A stretch of DNA of 52,374 nucleotides from Perkinsus chesapeaki ATCC PRA-425 (GCA_013115145.1 JAAPAO010000213.1:1-52374); one strand, 5' to 3'. Numbered from the stretch's first letter, positions 1-9,743 are shown. Made by a program: numbers and translations. The notes: generated by a model from the sequence alone, not told the origin.

Positions 1-60
1 TTCAGGCCCAGTTATAGCAATAACTGTGGGCGTTCAAGACTGTCATCGCAACCGTTGCAA

Positions 61-330
61 AACGACATACTTGACGATGACAATGTCATGATACCATTCA
101 ATAGAATGGCTTTCCAATAACTCCTGGCACATCATTTGTGCCCGATATAGGCACTTGGGGCACAAACGGCCCCTTAGGGGCAGCCCCTAGATTTGCCTTG
201 GGTCACTTGCTGCTTTGACATGGATACCCAAACCGAAACCTCTTGCCGCTCATACTGAAGTAACTTGATCATATTTGCTACAATGCCATATGAGACCAAA
301 GGACAGACTTCCACCTTTCATGTTTCAACT
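61..330 (-). pseudogene. Possible degenerate non-LTR reverse transcriptase fragment
   Basis: Minus-strand translation gives TQGKSRGCP*GAVCAP (about 150-205), resembling the RT GxPQG motif with CAA mutated to TAA. Downstream WYHDIVIV resembles YxDDIVI. Frames are broken and similarity is weak. Confidence 0.3.
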
Positions 331-965
331 TGGTAACAAAGAAGCCGTTGCGGCAAAGCTAACTGGGTTGTTCCTACAGCAGAAACTACTTTTGAGCTTT
401 TTCTGTTTTTTGTTCCTGACCTGCTATTCTAGGATTCGGTGCAGCACTTACGAGTTCTCGGCAAAGGCTACACTGAAGGGGTTCACAGCAAATCGCTAGA
501 CAGTTCGGGTCAAACAGGGGAGCAGTAACTTATAAGGAACTTGTAAGTTACACTTTCGCACTGTCATCCCCGTCTCCTAGTGGCTACAACACGCTCAGTT
601 TTATGGGGAAACGGTGAGAATAGAGTGCGCGACATTCAGCGTGGATTCGCATTTTTGTGAGCCTTGAAGCCTATACTGACTCTATGGGGCATTAACAGCG
701 CAACAGGGAATGGGTATACCAAGCTTACAGACTTAAACATAGGAGCCCTAAAAAGCTAATGACTCAATGTCAAGGCGTCCCACGACCCGAGGCGGGCACT
801 ACAATGACCCCACCGACATGACAGTGATTAGTATAGGACCAGACATTTTGTGACTAATAGTCGCTCATCATGGGTCCAAGTCACAGACAATACAGAATCT
901 GGACCCCACTTTGATATCATCGCGATAACAGGGGTTGTGGTTTACGACCAAAAAAATATGATGGC

Positions 966-1009
966 TCAAGAACACTTTTCCTCCTGCTTCTTAGGCGCAG
1001 GAAGATCAC
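966..1009 (-). other. Displaced 3' tail of Cys-rich gene copy A (DLPAPKKQEEKCS*)
   Basis: Removing the LTR element and one TSD copy joins 2931 to 1005 in frame: ...KCSGLSGDLPAPKKQEEKCS-TGA (stop at 966-968). This matches the paralogue tails LPPAPTKQEDQCS* and PIPAPTKTEDKCS*. Confidence 0.9.
1006..1009 (+). repeat. Target site duplication TCAC (left copy)
   Basis: TCAC immediately precedes the TG of the left LTR, and the same TCAC follows the right LTR. Confidence 0.9.
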
Positions 1010-1167
1010 TGTAACCTTATTAGGGTATAAAGCACAACACTTAGTAGGCTCTAAGATACAATTCACCTAACTTAATACTTATTACTGCTCACAGTAGCTT
1101 TCTAGCTTAGCGCAGCTTATAACACAAACGGGGACAATATTCATTGTGTTAGGATACTTATCCTACA
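1010..1167 (-). repeat. 3' LTR (158 bp)
   Basis: TGTAACCTTAT...TTATCCTACA, identical base by base to 2773-2930 on manual comparison. Confidence 0.95.
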
Positions 1168-1170
1168 ACG

Positions 1171-1184
1171 TTTTCCCCTCCTTC
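1171..1184 (-). promoter_or_regulatory. Polypurine tract (GAAGGAGGGGAAAA)
   Basis: 14 consecutive purines on the minus strand, 3 nt upstream of the 3' LTR. Confidence 0.85.
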
Positions 1185-1227
1185 ATCAGAGAAGGATAAC
1201 AAAAATAGAAATACAAGCTTACAATAA

Positions 1228-2700
1228 TCACTTCAAAATCTTATCCTCATAACTCTGGCTTTTCCCAAGGCCTAAACTTAATCTTCTCACAGCTATCTTC
1301 CTTCTAGTGCTTCTCCGCACAACGTTCTCACAATCTTCGTTATCATCATTCACGGCTATACTATCATCATCACTTTCAAGCTCAATACTACAATTATCAG
1401 TTTTCTGCTCTTTAATATTCACTTTAGCAGGTGATACCGGCAACTCTTTGACTCCCTTCTCTAAGCTCTTATCAACTTTCACATATCGTAAGTTAATGGT
1501 CTTTGTAACTTTACCATTTGTTATCAATACTGTATTAGGATACCGAAGTGAAGGTCCTTGAACAATCTTCCAGCCTCTTTGGAACACATCTTGTAGTTTA
1601 TTGCCAACACCCAAAGAACCAATTCTTCTTTGATACAGTAGCACATCTTGGCCTGGCGCATAATCACCACTCATCCGTTGTTTCACATTATGACGTCGAT
1701 CATATCCTAGCTTATTATTACGAAACTGTTGAGCTTGATGTAGACGGACATCGTCCCATATCTCATATAGGTCTCGTAGATCATATTGTCGTTGACCGTG
1801 CTCGGAAAAAGAAGGATTCCTACCAAACAATACCTCATAAGGACAACGGTATGACAAAGCCTTGTGTGGTCTAGAGTTATACACATGAACCAATTTCTGA
1901 AACTCTCGCCGAAGTAATTCCGGGGAGTTCAAACCATAGGTGCGTGCAAGTTTGTGTAGAGTTCGATGAACTCTCTCGCAAACCGCGTTGCCCTTTGGGT
2001 AATACTCACTAGAGTGGGTGAGTTTAACCTTAAAGCTTTCAAGTAATCTCAGCACTTCTGGTCCTTGTAGATTTCGAGCATTGTCAGCAACAATCTGATT
2101 GGGCGGGCCCAACTTCACAAAACATTTTTGCAATGCATTAGCAACCGAACCACTCGACATAGTTGATAACCATTCCCAAACCAAGTACTTGCTAAAAGAA
2201 TCTATTACCGTTAACATATGAACAGACTCATACGAGACGATATCCATATGTAACGTGTGCCAAGGTGACACACTAGATACTGTAGCTCTCATAGGTAATA
2301 CGGCTTCTGGTTTGCTGTTCAATATACATCTCTCACAGTTTGATACAATATCATAAGTAGTTCTCCATAACCAAGGAAAATAACATAATTTCCTCAAACA
2401 CTTTACCGTTGCCTCTACATTAGTATGACCAAGTTGATGAACGTCATTTATGATGTTACCACACATTGATAATGGAATAACCGGAACAGTCATTGCTTCA
2501 CTAGCCGAAGCGGTACTCTTGCACCAATGTAAAATACCATCTACAATACGTAGTTCATGAGCAATTTTGGAGTAGTGGCTGAGAACTTGAGTAGTAGGGC
2601 GTATATAGTATCCTCGACGAATAGCTTGAGTAACAATTTTCAAGTCAACATCTTCTTCTTGACGTCGTTGAATCTCCTTCAAAGGTAGACTTATCTTCAA
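1228..2700 (-). CDS. Retroviral-type integrase (H2C2 zinc finger + rve core + C-terminal tail)
   Basis: HQLGH...CERC zinc finger; LHMDIV and VADNA...VCERV with exactly 35 residues between the second D and the E; C-terminal RRSTRR. The frame is open for 490 codons. It starts at TTG, and the first in-frame ATG lies about 68 codons in. Confidence 0.93.
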   Translation of the reverse strand: MKISLPLKEIQRRQEEDVDLKIVTQAIRRGYYIRPTTQVLSHYSKIAHELRIVDGILHWCKSTASASEAMTVPVIPLSMCGNIINDVHQLGHTNVEATVKCLRKLCYFPWLWRTTYDIVSNCERCILNSKPEAVLPMRATVSSVSPWHTLHMDIVSYESVHMLTVIDSFSKYLVWEWLSTMSSGSVANALQKCFVKLGPPNQIVADNARNLQGPEVLRLLESFKVKLTHSSEYYPKGNAVCERVHRTLHKLARTYGLNSPELLRREFQKLVHVYNSRPHKALSYRCPYEVLFGRNPSFSEHGQRQYDLRDLYEIWDDVRLHQAQQFRNNKLGYDRRHNVKQRMSGDYAPGQDVLLYQRRIGSLGVGNKLQDVFQRGWKIVQGPSLRYPNTVLITNGKVTKTINLRYVKVDKSLEKGVKELPVSPAKVNIKEQKTDNCSIELESDDDSIAVNDDNEDCENVVRRSTRRKIAVRRLSLGLGKSQSYEDKILK

Positions 2701-2754
2701 AGGTATATTATCAATGCATGCGGCGCAAATATGGTCATGTGCTTCGACAATATG

Positions 2755-2769
2755 ATAACCATACTACCA
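2755..2769 (-). promoter_or_regulatory. Putative primer binding site (TGGTAGTATGG...)
   Basis: Begins with TGG (complement of tRNA CCA) 3 nt inside the 5' LTR. The priming tRNA was not identified. Confidence 0.55.
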
Positions 2770-2772
2770 CGT

Positions 2773-2930
2773 TGTAACCTTATTAGGGTATAAAGCACAA
2801 CACTTAGTAGGCTCTAAGATACAATTCACCTAACTTAATACTTATTACTGCTCACAGTAGCTTTCTAGCTTAGCGCAGCTTATAACACAAACGGGGACAA
2901 TATTCATTGTGTTAGGATACTTATCCTACA
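2773..2930 (-). repeat. 5' LTR (158 bp)
   Basis: Identical to 1010-1167, with TG...CA termini. Confidence 0.95.
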
Positions 2931-3265
2931 TCACCACTCAGACCACTGCACTTTAGGAACGCTGGATTGCAGTTTTTATCCATACATGTTTTACAGCTTG
3001 GGTTCGAAGGAGTCATGCAGTCAGATAGACAGTCATCGAGGACGCACTTCCCGGACTCGGTGAAACAGTCGGCGCAGCCGTTGGTCAAACCACAACCCTG
3101 TTCGAGGCATTGGCTTATCTTGGAGGGGTCAAGCATAGCCTGCATGCCACAATGCCACAGGAAACCAGGGAATAGACTCCCTCCAATCTTTGCCTTGTCT
3201 CCGTCATTACAGGCATTGTCAGAAGCCGTAACAGCAATGAGGAAAAAGTTGACCAAAGAACGCAT
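2921..3265 (-). CDS. Small secreted cysteine-rich protein, copy A (C-terminus truncated by LTR insertion)
   Basis: Signal-peptide-like MRSLVNFFLIAVTASDNA and 13 Cys. It now ends on a stop inside the LTR (SGDVG*). Two paralogues lie nearby. Confidence 0.85.
   Translation of the reverse strand: MRSLVNFFLIAVTASDNACNDGDKAKIGGSLFPGFLWHCGMQAMLDPSKISQCLEQGCGLTNGCADCFTESGKCVLDDCLSDCMTPSNPSCKTCMDKNCNPAFLKCSGLSGDVG
2931..2934 (+). repeat. Target site duplication TCAC (right copy)
   Basis: TCAC directly follows the LTR-terminal CA. Confidence 0.9.
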
Positions 3266-4667
3266 AGTTGTGCTGAATAGATGTCAGGAAACCTTGAGCT
3301 GCGCGGTGACTGCTTTCGATGATGTCCCTCCAGGAAATGACGACAGTACGCGCGTACAGCTATTCTTGGACCATACAAGTTCTAGCAGGACGCCATGACA
3401 ACGACCGTTTTACGGTATCTGAAACACGGAGATCGGATATCCTGAAGACCGTATCATGTTGAGGACCCAGCGGGTTACTGATTGTGATGTTCCAAACTGC
3501 TCTTATCCATGTCCAGGAAGAATGTCGATCAAATGTGACAGAAAATTGTCTGCACGTGACCGAATACGCGCGAATGCCAAATTTCTCGTTGGACTTTGAG
3601 TAGTCTCGCGGTAGAGACTAGCAGCCTAGAACTTCTGGACATCTATGTCTATTATTCTTCATGCAAGTGGGATATGTATCACATACCAGCGATAAATCAC
3701 AAAAGCGGCACCACGGCTATATCATATCTGTCTCCTCCTCTGGCCTGACCCATGAGGGTCTCTGCCTTGGTTCCGAATCTCAACCTAAACCCGAACTTAC
3801 AGTACTTGTAGCCAATATGCCGAGAGACAAGCATCATGCACGATGCATGCGTGAAAATTGAGGCATCGTTTGTTCCTCGGGAGAGGTCTGTTTCGCGGTT
3901 GAATGTGCACGCCGAGCACACTGTATGGTGTACAGTGGGCCAACTAAATCCCTGCTACGGTCCCGTCACGAAACACCCAGCACCCTCAAGACTCGTCGAG
4001 CCTGCGGCAATGAGACCATCAATCGGGACTTCGAATGGAATCACCCGTGCTTGAGGATGCCAGAAAGCAGACCGACTGGGCAAGGAAGTTATATGCCGCA
4101 GGTGCACTACATAGCATGCACAGAAGCAACGAGCCTATCAGATATATCGATGAATCATCGACTTACTTCACGGCCTATTGTGACGTGTTTGTATGATAAT
4201 AAAATGTGCAGTATACCAGGGCTGAATGATTTTCAGTAGATGACGACTACTGTTAAACTACGTACTCGTGAGCATCCGTATATAATATATCTGCATCAGG
4301 CTACAGCAGATGTTTACTTAGTCGTAGGGTCGTGGAAGCTTTCGAAAGAAAAAGGTAATTTACGATTATCCTGTTGCACTGAACTTTAAAAACACAAATC
4401 AATAGAGTTCAGATATCTCAATACAAGCGAAAATATGTCGTCTATTGGTACCCGATAGAGGGCCTAGTCCGCGAGCTGGCAGAAGTCAGAACTCATTTTA
4501 ATCACGTCAGCGAGATGTGAGAGGCCATAAGGCCCACAGATATATCTCGCACCCTGTCAAGGGTACGTCTATGAGATATAGACCTCCCACAGCGGGCTCT
4601 AAAGACTAAATGGTAAAGCATGAGTCATTCATATAAACTCTGCCTGGTGAGTATCAAAGCTGACTGC

Positions 4668-5043
4668 TCAGGAGCACTGGTCCTCTTGTTTCGTAGGAGC
4701 AGGAGGAAGCTTATCCAGACCCGTGCAATCACGGAGCGCTTCGTTACAGTGTTTATCCATACACTCTTCACAGCCGGCGCTTGCGGGAGTAGACATGCAC
4801 GGTCCTAGACAGTTTTGTAGCACGCATTTCCCGGAAGAACTGAAACAGTCAGCACAGCTTGAACCCAGTCCAGCCTCGTTCAAGGCATTGGCCTATCTTG
4901 GATGGGTCCAAGCCAGCACCCGCACCACAGTGCCATAGAAAACCAGGGAACAGACTGCCGTTAATCTTGGTCTTCTCAGCGTCAGTACAAGCATCACCAG
5001 AAGCCGCGACGACACCGAGCAAGATGCTGGCCAAAGCACGCAT
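4668..5043 (-). pseudogene. Small secreted cysteine-rich protein, copy B (frameshift near 4870)
   Basis: The N-half (MRALASILLG...CLERG) and C-half (GLGSSCADCF...QEDQCS*) are in different frames. The segment is 49 nt versus 51 nt in copy A, and restoring TG gives ERGCGLGSSC. Confidence 0.8.
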
Positions 5044-7392
5044 TTGTGACGAAGTTGGGAGAATCCTGAAAGGCAATGGCAGACTGGCAAGTCTGGTGCG
5101 AAATAAACGCAATACACCGGGAAGTTGCAACCCTCACCTCTAAGAGACGTACGAAGAGACGAGTTGCTAGAGTCAAGCCCAGCACTGGAGATAGAATTTC
5201 TAAAGAATGGCTTGGCTGATACATCAAGTTCATTCAACGAAACTCAAGTGAAGTTCCGCATGACGTGGCTCCGTGATATACAGCAGGGAGCCTAGTAGCT
5301 GTCTATCTACGAGTCGTAGCTCAAGGAGGAGTACAGGTTCCTGTTGTTACAACAGGAACGAGATGTGTTGCAACACTGTTGTACCAGCAAGCTTATCAGT
5401 ACTGTCACATTCAAGACATGTTGATGTATCCTTCAACGGGAAGGGTGTTCCATGGCCTTTTCGATAATCGCCTGTGGAGTGCGATTGCGCCACGTGACTA
5501 GGCTGTGGCGCAGACTTTCTGAGGATGTTAACGTACGCCTCCGAAGAACTCTTTCCTAGTGGAAGTTTATCCGAACAATCTAATGTCACTGCTGCCTAAA
5601 TTATCATTTTAATACCACGCAGAGCGGTGATTTGGAGCATCGATTGCGGTACACAATCAGAAACGCGCCGTGGCGACCGAGGGACAAGGCAACTCGGTGA
5701 CGGATGGCTCGCACCCTTGCACAGGTTCACTGGGGGGCTCGCTAGCGTGACTCAAACAGGGTGGGCCCTGGACACAGCGTGAGGACTGATGTGTATAACA
5801 AGCAGAGGAGCTTAAGATAAGAGTTTGAAAATGTTAGTTATCGAGTGTTACGTTGATCTAGCATTGAAATTCCGAGGAGCGCACTGCGCTCAGCGCAAAG
5901 AACTGTCTATACGTGCATCAGCGAGTTGAATTCCGCCTTCGTTGCATTGTAGCACAGTGATTCTACTGAATTAGAGTTTTGAATAACTTGAGAACATCGC
6001 AGAGGTCGTTTCGCGTGCGGCATGGCTGGTGTATGGAATACACTGTGTACTGTAGAAGGAAACACGGGAGGGCTCGCCAGCCACCATCCAGTTAACACGT
6101 TGCGCGCATGGGCTCGCCGGACGAACGTTTCTGGAGATCTCACGAGCCGCACAAGTGAGGCACTTGCACTGTGGGTCGGCTCACCCTGTGGCCGAAAGTA
6201 ACAAGAAGTGTTATTCAGCCAAGTCTTTCTGTGTATGGCGCTGGCGACGAAGCTGGCCCTAGAAGGGACGGCTCCACAATAGAACAATTGAATGTAGATT
6301 CTGCAGTTTCCTGAGACTACGCTGTGTACTCTCATATAAATGTAATATACTCAGTGATTGTAACCATTCGCCTTGTGCGGTATTATACTACTAGTGGTAG
6401 TCCACAAGTGGCTGAATTCGAGTCTTCAACTTGCTGTTCTGTGATAGATAGCCTACTGATTTCAAGCTGTCATATCGGAAACCCCAGAGACCGAGTCGTA
6501 CAGTCTAGCCCAGCGCATGGATTCCTCAACTTGAGAGAGTAATACCTATAAATTGTATAATATAGAATTTTAGTGCTTTAATGACGTGTTTGCTATCATA
6601 GACTGATGCGTGCTCTCGTTCCCCGCTACTGGCACCCAATTCAAGGGTGTAGGCGAAAGTAAAGGAGCTTAAAATAATAGCGTTATCCTAGGTTTCGCCG
6701 GAATTACAAGTTGTTTTCTACTACTAAATGACCGGCTAGAACTAGGTTGGGATTCTGGGGAGGCAAGCCGATGATGATCGGGCTTCGTATCACCCTCGAT
6801 AGGGAGGCTCCCGAAGATTATCTAGGCTTACTTCACGAGATGCTCGAATCGATACGGGCCGAAGTTGAAGAAGTCCTTCTTGGCTCTCCTCGGATATTCT
6901 ACCCGTTGCGGCGGATGGTGAACATGCAACAGGTCATCATCACGCGTGTTGTGAAGTGGACGTTGATCAACCATTTTGGCAGAATGGATGTATTTGAACA
7001 GTAGCTGCCTGAATCAAGTTACTCGCTCGAACACTCAGCGACAATGTGTGATCTGCTGTACAAGTCCTCAAACTATACTGTCTGGGTGAACTATTAGCAG
7101 CGCAACTGTGATTGGAGCAGCAAAGCTGATGAGTATTAACTGAGTGGCCCTCTCGAGGGTCTAATGTTATGAGTTGAGGCATGCCATTAGACCATAAGAG
7201 AGCATTACAATATGACTGACTGGACGTGGTGGATAATAATTGGACCATAGATAGTGTGAGTGTATGCCGAGGTTTTAGGACGATGAGCAGAGTAATGAGT
7301 GCGCGCAAGTACTGCAAGAGCAAAACATGCCACACTTAGTTCATCCATATTGTAGACATAATACTCGTACTCGAGACCAAAAGTGTGATTAC

Positions 7393-7688
7393 TCATGAAC
7401 ACTTGTCTTCCGTCTTAGTGGGTGCAGGAATAGGACTGGCTAGACCAGTGCACTTAAGGAGTGCTGTGCTAGACCGGACTCGGTGAAACAGTCGGCGCAG
7501 CCGTTGGTTAAACCACAACCCTGTTCGAGGCATGGGCCTATCTTGGAGGGGTCAAGCATAGCCTGCAGGCCACAGTGCCACAGGAAACCAGGGAACAGGC
7601 TCCCCCCAATCTTCGCCTTGTCTCCGTCATTACAGGCATTGTCACAAGCTGCAACAGTGAAGAGGAGGATGTTGGCCAAAGAACGCAT
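7393..7688 (-). pseudogene. Small secreted cysteine-rich protein, copy C (internal deletion plus frameshift)
   Basis: Near-identical to copy A up to CFTESG. The next 87 nt of copy A are replaced by 8 nt, and the tail ALLKCTGLASPIPAPTKTEDKCS* (stop 7393-7395) is out of frame. Confidence 0.8.
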
Positions 7689-7741
7689 TGTTAGGCTGAA
7701 CAGATATCGAAAATCCTAAAGTTCGTAACGACTGAAGCTCT

Positions 7742-8288
7742 GTGACCTCGAGGTTGTCACCGTGACACTTCAACGATAACACTGTCTTACAACGCAACAC
7801 TGATCCGGTGGGATGTTAGCCGTTTCTTCGGTCTGGCAAGCTTGCGCGTGGATCTATGCCGGTGGAGAACACATCAACGATCGGGATCTAGGCACTGGAT
7901 CCTAGTCATTAATGTATTAGTGTAACGACGAGTAAACACCCTCGGCCAGATGCTCGGGGTCACGTCACCATGTGTAAGCATATTCGATTATTTTATTCCA
8001 TTTAGCCTCCTTACTAAAGAGGAGTTTTGGAAGTGGTATTCCCTCTCTGGTAAGTATACATGTAAAATCCACTAACTACGCTGGAACATGACCGTGAATG
8101 CCTCGGGACGTTGGCACGTTCCCTGGTCGGATGACTTACCCTATACTCCGTCGTGAACGCTTAAGCGATCGCGATCGTTCGTATGAGTATTGTGTAATCG
8201 ATATATGATTGTTACCTCCGGCAGTGACATGAACGGCTCACAATCTGTTGGTCATAAGTTATGACCAATCGTTACGACTCATAACGAT
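7742..8288. repeat. Cluster of short palindromes/inverted repeats
   Basis: ACCTCGAGGT (7745-54), TGTCAC-C-GTGACA (7755-67), GCAAGCTTGC (7836-45), CGATCGCGATCG (8166-77), TTGGTCATAA-G-TTATGACCAA (8248-68), ATCGTTA-7nt-TAACGAT (8268-88). Confidence 0.6.
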
Positions 8289-8550
8289 CACCAATAGGAT
8301 AGCAAAGAATATTAGCAACTAAGTTTACCGTTGGTGAATTGCTAAGGTGGTCGCTCTAAATTATTGGTATTGGTGTTTTGTTAAGATTGATGATAGTGTG
8401 TATGGTACCTCTCAATCCCTCAAGACTGATAACGCAATGTCGAGCAATAGCCAACACGCATGTCATGCGTAAAATAGGTCTGGCTTTTAGCAGCTAATCG
8501 TACTTACGACGAACATCAATCTGCATGGTATTCAATGTACATCACCTAAT

Positions 8551-8814
8551 TCATTCCACTTGTTTCTCTTTTGGTTCACACCATTTATAGCAATTAGTAA
8601 TACTTCGAGTCACTGGACGACAAGTCTTGTGTTTCTCCTCGCCCTTCATGCAAAAGCAAGGTGACTCGGTGCCACTGTCGGCGTCACCGCAGTACATGGC
8701 CTTCCTAACGCGGTCTATGATACCCTGCTCTGCTATACGAGCTCTGTTTATACCCCCTATTGAGGTTATTCGCAGGACGAGTAAAAAGATGCTCCAAGCA
8801 GTAGGCGTGTACAT
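8551..8814 (-). CDS. Putative small secreted 6-Cys peptide precursor
   Basis: True ATG, hydrophobic N-terminus (WSIFLLVLRITSIGG), basic RVRK segment, then C-x10-CxC-x9-C-x9-C-x3-C. No homology recognised. Confidence 0.45.
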   Translation of the reverse strand: MYTPTAWSIFLLVLRITSIGGINRARIAEQGIIDRVRKAMYCGDADSGTESPCFCMKGEEKHKTCRPVTRSITNCYKWCEPKEKQVE

Positions 8815-9743
8815 AGTTATAACCGAATACTGGAAAACTACAAATCAACGGCGAAACGGTATACGCTTCTTCAAGATATATTCCGAGGTAAAATCGCTAA
8901 AGGGTGCGAAAGATACTCCACTAAGCGTCTTCGGGGTCATCAGTGGAAACCGCCTCCAGAGGTTTTCGTAGTTTCCTGCTACTTTGCGAGGTGATGTGGC
9001 AAGCGGAAAGCGGCTAGTCCACTGTGGGTGCATCTCCACTGCATTTGCGATTTCGCACATCCCGCAGGATACTCCAAGGTGACTGACCATTATTTCGCAT
9101 GGAGAAGTTAATCAATTTGTTTTAAGTGTAAGATCGTAATGAATTTTTGGATCTGCACTCGACGTTAGCCTTAGTAGAACGGAGCAGGATAGAATTTAGG
9201 TCATTCTGCGGGATACTTTTCAACATCGGTCTCTTTTAGGCCCTCCCTCGTGCATATCTGTAAGTCGTTTATATCAATTCATGAAGTTCAGCGATAATAC
9301 ATAAACATATTGATGATTTTGCAACCCATTCGAGTCACAACACATTCGGAATATATTAGCCGATTCGAATGGGTTCAACCCATTGGGTTGAATCTAAATG
9401 GAAAAGATGTGATGACAATATTATTTCGACCTTCAGAAAGTGATCCCTAGGAAAATGCAAGTTCGACAAGATAGTCAAGATTGTTCCGGCACATTTGATT
9501 TGGTTGAATTGAGCGCCCAAGGATAGTGCGTTTGGAATACGTAGTACGACCATAATAGGCCCAATGTTCATTAGACCAATTCTGGGAATAATACTCAGAA
9601 TCGGCTCCAGCATCGCATTTTACGTGTAAAAAAGCTGGAATCGATTCTGAATTTCAAAATCGGTTTATTGAACGATCCCTGGAGCTCTGGTGAGTTTTAC
9701 GTTTCCTCTTTCTATCTGATCCGTCGCCTTCGTCATCACCAAT

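Larger units (their letters stand above)
1010..2930 (-). mobile_element. Integrase-only LTR element (Ty3/Gypsy-like integrase), 1,921 bp
   Basis: Two identical 158-bp direct repeats with TG...CA ends, a 4-bp TSD, a polypurine tract next to the 3' LTR and a TGG-initiated PBS-like site next to the 5' LTR. The single internal ORF is an integrase; the 1,605-bp interior leaves no room for gag, PR, RT or RH. Confidence 0.93.

Noticed and set aside
961-970. ATGGCTCAAG resembles the 3' end of the perkinsid spliced leader (...TGGCTCAAG)
   Set aside because: Only about 9 nt match, and they coincide with the reverse complement of the displaced gene's stop codon region; chance is sufficient.
1307-1874. 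Plus-strand ORFs inside the element
   Set aside because: Antisense shadows of the integrase frame with no motifs.
1010-2930. Calling the element a Ginger-type DNA transposon
   Set aside because: It has long direct repeats, a PPT and a PBS-like site, and only a 4-bp terminal inversion (TGTA...TACA). LTR architecture fits better.
3300-4600. Several 60-105 aa ORFs between copies A and B
   Set aside because: Overlapping, motif-free and mostly with non-ATG starts; consistent with intergenic noise.
5200-7380. ORFs 5907-6335, 6747-7004 and 6967-7335, and a short spliced minus-strand candidate near 6720-6970
   Set aside because: Protein-like stretches occur on both strands but there is no motif or consistent exon chain, so the strand cannot be decided.
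9374-9392. Isolated palindrome TTCAACCCA-T-TGGGTTGAA
   Set aside because: A single occurrence with no partner repeat or TSD; insufficient for a call.
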